From Mobula hypostoma (Eukaryota), in the NCBI RefSeq assembly GCF_963921235.1, contig NC_086097.1:47308001-47368000 (forward strand): 60,000 bases of DNA. Reading direction: 5' to 3'. The position numbers and the translations under genes are program-made. The notes under the pieces are model-generated. The model was not told the origin of the DNA and ran no database searches. It saw only the letters and a program-made list of their open reading frames with translations. This document shows positions 51,901 through 60,000 of the stretch, piece by piece. Within the stretch, counting starts at the first letter, position 1. Each line of letters starts with the position of its first letter.

Positions 51901-52070
51901 AGGCAGAGATTGATAGGTATCTGAGTAGCCAGGGCATCAAAGGTTATGGTGAGAAGGCAGGGGAGTGGGACTAAATAGGAGAAAATGGATCAGCTCATGA
52001 TAAAATGGCGGAGCAGACTCGATGGGCTGAATGGCCTACTTCTGCTCCTTTGTCTTATGGTCTTATGGTC
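48996..52070 (+). mobile_element. young 5'-truncated CR1 with complete ORF2 region
   Basis: Full EN and RT domains; 3' tail (TCTTATGG)2 at ~52053-52068. Confidence 0.97.
49147..51974 (+). pseudogene. CR1 ORF2 (APE endonuclease-reverse transcriptase) with one stop and one frameshift
   Basis: LNARSI, ITETWL, SDHNMI, YLDFQKAFDKVPH, GVPQGSVLGP, FADDTK; TAA at 49642-49644 and a -1 shift near 50676. Confidence 0.95.
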
Positions 52071-52325
52071 TCTTCAGTTTGGTTCCCACCCCCCTGTAAT
52101 TCTAGTTTAAACTCTCCCCAATAGCCTTAGCCCCACCAGGATATTGGTCCCCCAGGATTCAAGTGCAACCCGTCCTTTTTGTATAGGTCGCTCCTGCCCC
52201 AGAATAGGTCCCAATGATCCAGAAATATGAATCCCTGCCCACTGATCTAATCCCTCAGCCACGCATTTATCCTCCACTTCACTCTATTCCTATACTCATT
52301 GTTAAGTGGCACAGGCAGTAATCCC

Positions 52326-55110
52326 TCTAGATTTGGTCCAGTGTCTTATAAAGTTGCAACATAACCTCTAGACTTTTGAACTGAATGCCTCGACTAATAA
52401 GCCTTCTTAACCACCTTGTCGACCTGTGTAGGCACTTTCAAGGAGCTATGAATTTGGACCCCAAGATCTCTCTGCTCAGCAACACTGTTAAGGATCTCAC
52501 CCTTAATAGTGTATTGTCTTCTTGCACTTGCCCTACCAAGGTGCAACACCTCACATTTATCTGGGTTAAACTCCATCTGCTATTTCTCTGCCCATATCTG
52601 CAACTGATATATATTGCCCTGTGTTCTTTGCCAGTCTTCTACAGTGTAGAAGACTACACCATCTAGAACTGCACTAATCTTGGTATCATCTGCAAACTTA
52701 CTAACCCACCCACCTACATTTTCACCTAGGTCATTTATATACATCACAAACAGCAGAGGTCCCGTCACAGATCCCTGCTGAACACCACTAATTACAGACC
52801 TCTAGTTCGAATAAGTTCCTTCGACCGCTACCCTCTATGCAAGCCAGTTCTGAATCCAGACAGCCAATTCAGCATGTACTCCATGAATCTTAAACTGCTG
52901 GATTAGCCCCCCATGAGGGACTTTGTCAAATACCTTACTCAGGTCCATGTAGACAACATCCACTGCCCTACCCTCATCAATCTCTCTCGCCACCTTGTCA
53001 AAAAATTCAATCAAGTTGATAAGACATAAACTGCCTCTTACAGAGTTCTTCCAGCATTTTGTGCATGTTGCTCGGATTTCTAGCATCTGTAGATCTTGTT
53101 TGCCCCGTAGAGCCATGCTAACTCTCCCTAATTAGGCCACGGGTTTCCAAATGCTCATATATCCTATCCTTAAGAATTTTCTCCTGCAATTTCCCTACAG
53201 CTGACGTGAGACTCACTGGTCTATTGTTCCCAGGATTTTCCTTGTTCCCTTCTTAAACAGAAGTACATTAACCACTCGCCTGAGGCTAGATAGGACCCAG
53301 CAACCTCGTCTCTTGTCTCCTTCAATAACCTGAGGACCTATCCACTTTAATACTCATTCAGAGGCCCAACACTTTCTGCTCCTTGATCTTTAAATGTACT
53401 AACATAATTATACACTCAGCACTGATTGTGGTAAACCATGTATGTAGGTTGTAACTGGGTTACCTGTCTGGACATGTCTGGACATGCCACTCTGCTGACT
53501 GCTCCTGTGGTTCCTCCCACAGACCCCTGAATAAAGGCGATTATGTCACTGCTGCTCCCACAGTCCAGGGCAGACATACAGCACGGGCGTGGATCCATTT
53601 TACTGTTAATAAAATTGATGCACTATCAATTACTCCAAAAGCCTTTCAGTATTTACTCTACTTCCAGTCTTTTGGAGCAATTGATATTGCATCACTGATC
53701 TCCTGGTCCTCCATATTGGTAAATATTGAAGCAAAGTACTCATTAAGTACCTCACTCACATTCTCCACATCCAAGCAAATGTTCTCCCCTTTATCTACGG
53801 GTTGTCTCACCTTCTCCCTAGTTATCCTCTTGCTCTTGATGTATGTATCAAATGCCTTGGGATACACCTTGATCTACTGGCCAAGGATTTTCCATGGCCC
53901 CTCCTGGCTTTCCTAAATGACTTCTTTATACTCCTCATGTGCTTTCTTTGATCCTAACTTCTGAAGCTTTACAAACTTTTTGTTTTTCTTCTTGGCTAAA
54001 TTCATCACCTCTCTGGACATCCAAGGTTCTCCTATCTTTCCATCCCTATCCTTCCTTCTGACAGGAACATACTTTTCCTGTACTCTGTGCAAATTGATCT
54101 TTAAACACCCACCACATATCTGATGTGGACTGGCCAGAAAAAAAGGTGTTCCCAATTAACTCTATCTAGTTCTTGCCTATGCCCTAGTAATTTTTCCTAC
54201 TCCAATTTAAAACACTCCCACAAGGACCATACTATCCTCATCTGTAACTATCCTGAAAATTAAGGAGTTGTGGTCACTGCTCTTAACTGCTCACCCATTG
54301 AAAGGTCAGTCACCTGGCCAGGCTCATTACCCAACACCAGGTCCAGTACGGCCTCTCCTCTAGTTGGACCATCCACAAATTGAAACCTTCCTGGATACAC
54401 TTAACAAATTCTGCCCCATCACTAAGAAGGTCCCCGTTTGTATTAGGGAGTTGAAACCCCCATGACAACGACCCTATTATTTTTACACATTTTCTTAATC
54501 TGATTACATATCTGCTCCTCAATATCCCAGTGGCTATTGGGCAGTCTGTAGTACAATCCCATCAGTGTGATTGCACCCTTCCCATTCCTGAGTTCTACCC
54601 AAATGAACCCAGTGTCTAATCCTTCCATTATGTCTCATTTGAGTGTGATATTGTCCCTGATGCACCTCCCTCCCCCCTTTTACTTCCTCCTCTATCTTTT
54701 CTACAACTTCAAAAACATGGTACATTAATCACCCATTCCTGCCCCTCTCTCAACTAAGTTTCAGTAATGGCTACAATATTGTATTTCCATATACAGAACA
54801 ATTCTCTAAATTCATCAGCCTTACCCATAATAATCTTAGCATTAAAATATACAGACTTCAAACTATCCGACCCATCATACCTGCTATTTCAATTTTACCT
54901 TTCAATACTTTCCCTGACATCTGTCTTCTAGTCCAACCCTTCCCTTACTGAGCTGGTGCTCTGATTCCAATCCCCTTGCAAACTGAGTTTCAACTCTCCA
55001 GAGTGGCATTTGTACACCTCCCAGCCAATATTTTGGTTCCCCTCCAGTTCAGGTGCAACCTTGTCCCTCTAGTACAGGTCACACCCTTCCCAGAAAAGGT
55101 TCCAATGATC
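52326..55110 (-). mobile_element. older decayed CR1 ORF2
   Basis: [30 protein letters not shown] motifs in short reverse ORFs; contains a PLE scrap at ~53043-53100 and a solo LTR. Confidence 0.88.
53427..53694 (+). mobile_element. solo LTR
   Basis: TG...CA termini, AATAAA at ~53608, 5-bp TSD CTGAT at 53422-53426 and 53695-53699. Confidence 0.85.
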
Positions 55111-58030
55111 CAAGAACTCGAAAGTGCTCAGATAAAATTACTGAAGGATCAAAGAGTTTGGTTTTAGGAGTGGAGCTGAGCAATTAAGAAGGGGATGATC
55201 ACATTGTTGGCAAGGTACCATAGGACCTCAGATGGGCAACAGGAAGTAGAGGAACAAAAGATATAGGCGGGGAAGTTGTGCAAAGACCTATGAATCATAG
55301 GGTTGTCATAGTAGGGGAGTTTAACTTTCCTAACATAGACTGGGACTGACATTGGTTAAGAAATTAGATAGAGTGGAATCTATTAAGTACATTCAGGAAG
55401 TTTCTTTTGATATATATAGACACACACATACACACACATATATAGGGATAGGGCCAGATGAGGGAGGAGACAAACCTTAGCCTACTCTTGTGTAATAGGG
55501 TGAGCAGGTCTTTGAGATGACAATGGGGAACACGTTGGGACCAGTAACCATAGTTCTATTAGCTTTAAACATTTATGGAAAGGTGGATGTCTTAAAAGGT
55601 ATGAAGGCATACAAATATCCAGGGCCTGACTGGGTATAATTGTGGGAGACTCAAGAAGATTTGCAGCAGTCTTTGCTGAGATAATTGCAAGATCATTAGC
55701 CATGAGTGGCTAGAAGACTGGAGTTTAACAAAAATTGTGCCTTTATCTCAGAAGGGTGACAAAGAAAATCTGAGAATAGGCCATTACGACTATCTTTTTT
55801 GGTTGGGAAGTTACTGGAAATTATTCTGAGATATATGATATACATACATCTGGATAAACAGGAGTTGTTTAGGGGTAGTTGGCATGGCTCAGTGCATTGG
55901 ATATCACGTCTTATGAACTTGATGGCACTTTAGATGAGGTAACAAAGAAAGTTCATGAGGGCAGGGCAGTAGATATTGTTTTATATGAACTTCATTAAGG
56001 CTTTTGAAAGGTTTCTACGGTAGACTTCTCTAGGATGGAATCCAGGGAGAGTTGGCTCATTGGATACACACATGGTAGAAAGCAGAGAGTGATAGTGGAA
56101 GGTTGTTTCTTGGACTACAGAGCTGTGACTAGTTGAGTGCCTCAAGGTTTGGGGCTGGGCATATTGTTGTTTGTCATCTATATCAACAATTTGGATTACA
56201 ATGTACAAAGCATGTTTGCAGATAATACCAAAATAGGTGGTAGAGTGGACAATGAGAAAGATATCAAAAAATTACAGGGACATCTTGAAAAACTGAGTAA
56301 GTGGCCAAGGAACGGCAAATGTTGTTTAAATTGGATAAATGCAAGGTGTGGCGTTTCAGAAAGCCAATTTCAGGCAGGACTCTCTCAATGAAGGCAGGAA
56401 CTCGCAGATTGTTATAGAGGATGTTGGTGAGGTACACCTGGTGCATTGTATTCAATTATACTCACCCTGTTAAAGGGCAAATATCATTAAACAGACAAAA
56501 GTGCAGAAAAGATTTATAAGGATGTTGCGAGGAATTGAGAGTCTAAGTTATAGGGAGAGGTTGGAAAAAGTAGGACTCTAATCCTTAGAGGAAGAAGAAT
56601 GATAGGTGACCTTATAGAGGTGTACTAGACAAGGGGTGACCCGTTGGGGCACCCTTTGAGAGAAGGATGGTGCAGTCTGATGTGACCAGAATGAACATTA
56701 AGTTTTCCTGAATGCTATTGGTATCGCTTTGCTTTGGAAACTGAAGTAGAAAACCTCAGTTTGTTAAAGAAGAACAACGCGTAGCAAAGCAAATATAGCT
56801 GCTCCTCATTTAACGAAGGACATTTTTGATGGCATCATTTCTGGTTTATCTGCCACTCTTGTGCCTCTCGTTGTCATTCTGGAGACGTGCAGTCCTTTCA
56901 TCCCCCGTCCGTTCATCTCTTCTGCTGTTTGTTGTTTGTCTCTGATCCTGGAGATGTGCATGCCTCTCCTCCTCTGTCTCTTCTTCTCTCACCTTTTTTC
57001 ATCCTGACTCTTTGATCCTGGAGTTGTGTGGCCCTGGCCTCATCGGATTCTTGTTCTCTCCCTCTCCTTGCCGCTTCGCGACGACGTTTGGCATCATCTC
57101 TTGACCATAATGTCCCCATTCCCTTTCCACGCAGCATAATTAGGCTGACCATTTTTTTTACCCTAATGCTGGATAGAAGATACGAAGCAGTAACACCAAA
57201 GGATGCTGATTATTCTTGATGATGTGGTTGACGCTCTCCTAAATGGACGTGATATAGTCACTGCTGTCCTTTGACTGCAACAGAGGGTTTTATGAGTGTC
57301 TCGAAGTACATCATTACAGTAAGATTTAATTATCTCTTATTGATGGGTGGCAGTTAGATCTGTCCCAATCCTGTACATGCTGATGGTGATTAGCAGAATG
57401 TGACCCTTCGAAATAGAGCTGCCCTGCCCTTTTGCTCCAGTAGGTGTCACTGCCGAGGCTGGCCGTGCGCATGCGTCGGGCTGTCGCGTCCTGATTTCCA
57501 TGACGGTGGATCGGCTCTCGGGTCAAAGGGAGCCTGTTGATTTTGGCGAATGAGCAATTTTATAGGAATATATAACCTTGAACTTTGCTTGCATTCTGTA
57601 AGTTAGCGCATTTTAATTCGATTTAGCCAAAAAAAAAGTGCCGTTGTAATGCACCGTTTGCGCTAATTGGAGGTCACAAACAGACAGAGCATGAGTATTA
57701 GTAGTATAACCATGAGGAGCATTGATGCAGAGAATATAATCAGCCTTTTTTTATGGAGTTGGGGAATCAAGAACTAGAGGGCATAGGTTTAAACTGAGAG
57801 GGGAAGATTTAACAGGAACTTACAAAGTGTGGTATCTGCAGAATCAGCTGCCAGAGGAAGTGATCGAGGCAGGTACAATAACAACTTTTAAAAGACAGTT
57901 GGACAAGTACATGGATTGGGTAGGTTATGGGCCAAATGCCAGCAATGGGACTACCTTGGACAGGGCATCTTGGTCAGCATGGACCAGTTGGGCTGAAGGG
58001 ATTATTTCCATGCTGTATACCTCAAAAATT
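55110..58030 (+). mobile_element. decayed CR1 split by a Helitron
   Basis: PQGLGLG, MFADNTKIGG in ORF 56137..56391; gaccttatagaggtgta|taaccatgagg rejoins across 56624/57707. Confidence 0.8.
56625..57706 (-). mobile_element. non-autonomous Helitron
   Basis: 3' CTAG at 56625-56628 preceded by a GC hairpin (56634-56654); inserted between host A and T with no TSD; 5' end TACTACTAATA..tctgtctgtttgt; ORF remnant 56913..57152 with E.DE.RA..LQDQR repeats. Confidence 0.8.
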
Positions 58031-59454
58031 GGAGACACAGTGCAGATAGTTAAGTCCAAAGTTTCTGTCTTGTATTAGCTTGCCATCCAGGGAGTAACTG
58101 GTGCGGAGGCCCCAGGTTTTCTTTTTAAATGCAATAGAATGGGGTATATCCAAATTCACAAAAATAAATAAGATTTGAGACTTATGACCTATATAACAAG
58201 ATATTGGAAGATACTTTAAATGAATGGATAGATAGTTTAAAATATAAAATTTGAGGCAGAACCAAAGTGATCTGAGGTCATTAAAGCTCACAGGTGCACC
58301 AAAGATTAAAAAAGATTTCATTTGGAATATTGTGTTCGGGTTTATGTGAAGGAATAGTCGATGGTATGCTTCTGCAAGTAGAGCTTTACTGAGTTTTTTT
58401 TTGTCTTGTTGCGCACCTCCACCAATTCTGCAACTCACACGGAGATGTTTGCAAAGCTGTTAGGGCTGGGTATGTCTTTGTTAACTTCAAATCTGATTAT
58501 TTCATTGCTGATTGGTGTGGATATTTTTATTATTTTTACAGTCTTTTAACACAATTTCCAATGTGACTGAAACAAGGATGGTAAATTTCCTTCCTTTGGA
58601 AGATAGTAGTGAACTAGATCTATTTTAAAATTTATTTGATCACCTTAACTGAATCCCATGTGCTATTCCAGATCTTTTGAGTTAATAAAGCTTGTCTTTT
58701 CCAGTTGTCATGGTGAGTTTTTAATGTTATTTACCAACTACCATCTTGTTTCAGCCTGTACCACCATTACTTGTGTATTGCAATAGACCCTATTCTTCAG
58801 CTAAGCACAAGCTCCCATTTGTTCTTTCTGCCTTTCATCCACTTATTTGTGAGTTAAAATTGGGCATTGCTCACATATGTTGAAAAAAAACAATGCTGGA
58901 AATACTCACCAGGTCAGGCTGCATCATTTCGTGGCCTGAACTATAAACTGGTTTTCTCTCTTCCCATCTGCTCCATGATTTACAGTAAGTTCTATACCTA
59001 TTTCAACAACTATTTTGTTTTGGATCGAAGGTCAAGCCTTTAGTTTTCCAGTTCAGCAATGTATACACTGGATACTGGAAAAGTGGTTAATATGCAGCAG
59101 GCATTTGAAAGAGCTTTGAAAGGAATAAGAGGATTTAGACAGAATTCTTTCAACAGAGGGCAATATCAAGACAGATACAAGAAGTTTGTAAAATTATGAA
59201 AATTTTTTGAGAAAGCTCATTTCCTCTGATTAGGAAGATAGATTATGTGGGAGTTTCAAATAAATATGTCAATATAAATGAGGGAGATAGAAAAAAATCT
59301 GCGTACTGGTTAATATTACATTATAAGGAATGCTTGAACCAATGGCCATTTCAACAGTTAAGCAAAAATGAGAAAAATATCTGAAGTATCTGAGAAAAAT
59401 ATGTATAGGGAGAGAGTGGAAGTGTGATTTTTTTCCAAACAGAAAAGCTTCCTG

Positions 59455-59640
59455 CCACAACACTAATGCTGACGGAACTGTGAGTCAAGCAGCATCTATA
59501 AAAAGAAAAGGGGAGCTGTGATGAAGGGTCTTGACCCAAAATGTTCAGTACCCATATCTGTTCATGGATATTGTCTGATCTGCTGGGTTCAAGCATTTTA
59601 TGTGTTGTTCCAGATTTCAGCATCAACAGTCTCTTGTGTC
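59455..59640. mobile_element. old palindromic PLE-derived mini element
   Basis: Opposed termini around gTGATGAagggtcttgacccAAAAtgtt (~59519-59546). Confidence 0.6.
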
Positions 59641-59712
59641 TCTAAAGTAGCTTCTTCCCATACTGTAAACTTGTGTCTCTAAAGTAGCTTCTTCCTGTAC
59701 TGTAAACTTGTG
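59634..59712. repeat. 37-bp tandem duplication
   Basis: ttgtgtctctaaagtagcttcttcc(ca/tg)tactgtaaac x2. Confidence 0.9.
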
Positions 59713-60000
59713 TGGTTTTGTTGCATCATTCTGACAATCAAACAGCAATGTCAGACTGTGGGGGAAATTTAAGTTGGATTATTTTGTTAGCCTGAAAATC
59801 CTAATTTTTATCCCAGTTAAATGAGTTCAGTGAATGACTAATAAGATGCTACTGAAGACTTAAACACTTAACATGGCTTTGTGTCATGTTCCATTCACAT
59901 ATCAAGTGAAGAATTTCATCTGTAAATATGGAACCTAATCTAGTACGTGAGCAAAATTCTTCAGAAAAAGATACAAGATACAAGTTTGATTTTCTGCCTT

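Noticed and set aside
57440..57560. Host gene CpG promoter
   Set aside because: Lies inside the Helitron, which is itself inside a CR1.
58704..58717. X-box-like GTTGTCATGGTGAG
   Set aside because: Weak match, within what looks like an old repeat remnant.
1..60000. Prokaryotic-type system (operon, defence island, CRISPR-Cas)
   Set aside because: No gene-dense coding structure; all recognisable long ORFs derive from eukaryotic retroelements.

Overview
Vertebrate genomic DNA, most likely a cartilaginous fish (ray or shark). This is inferred from the repeat mix of CR1 LINEs, Penelope-like elements (PLE), Rex1/Babar LINEs, Gypsy LTRs and an HE1-like SINE. No intact host protein-coding gene could be identified. 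The window looks intronic or intergenic and is largely made of nested, decayed transposons; one young CR1 carries a nearly intact ORF2 (49147-51974). Main observations: (1) many PLE-derived termini carry a minimal type I hammerhead ribozyme, two with intact cores, and several are short 140-200 bp insertions; four PLE insertions have 11-bp target-site duplications (TSDs); (2) a Gypsy LTR plus primer-binding site is fused directly to a decayed GNL2/NOG2 coding fragment, suggesting host mRNA capture; (3) a ~1.1 kb non-autonomous Helitron is inserted at an A|T site inside a CR1; (4) several templated inverted duplications and hairpins; (5) unique regions with RFX X-box and CTCF motifs and a few speculative exons. 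All calls were made by eye. Repeat boundaries are approximate unless a TSD or terminus is quoted.
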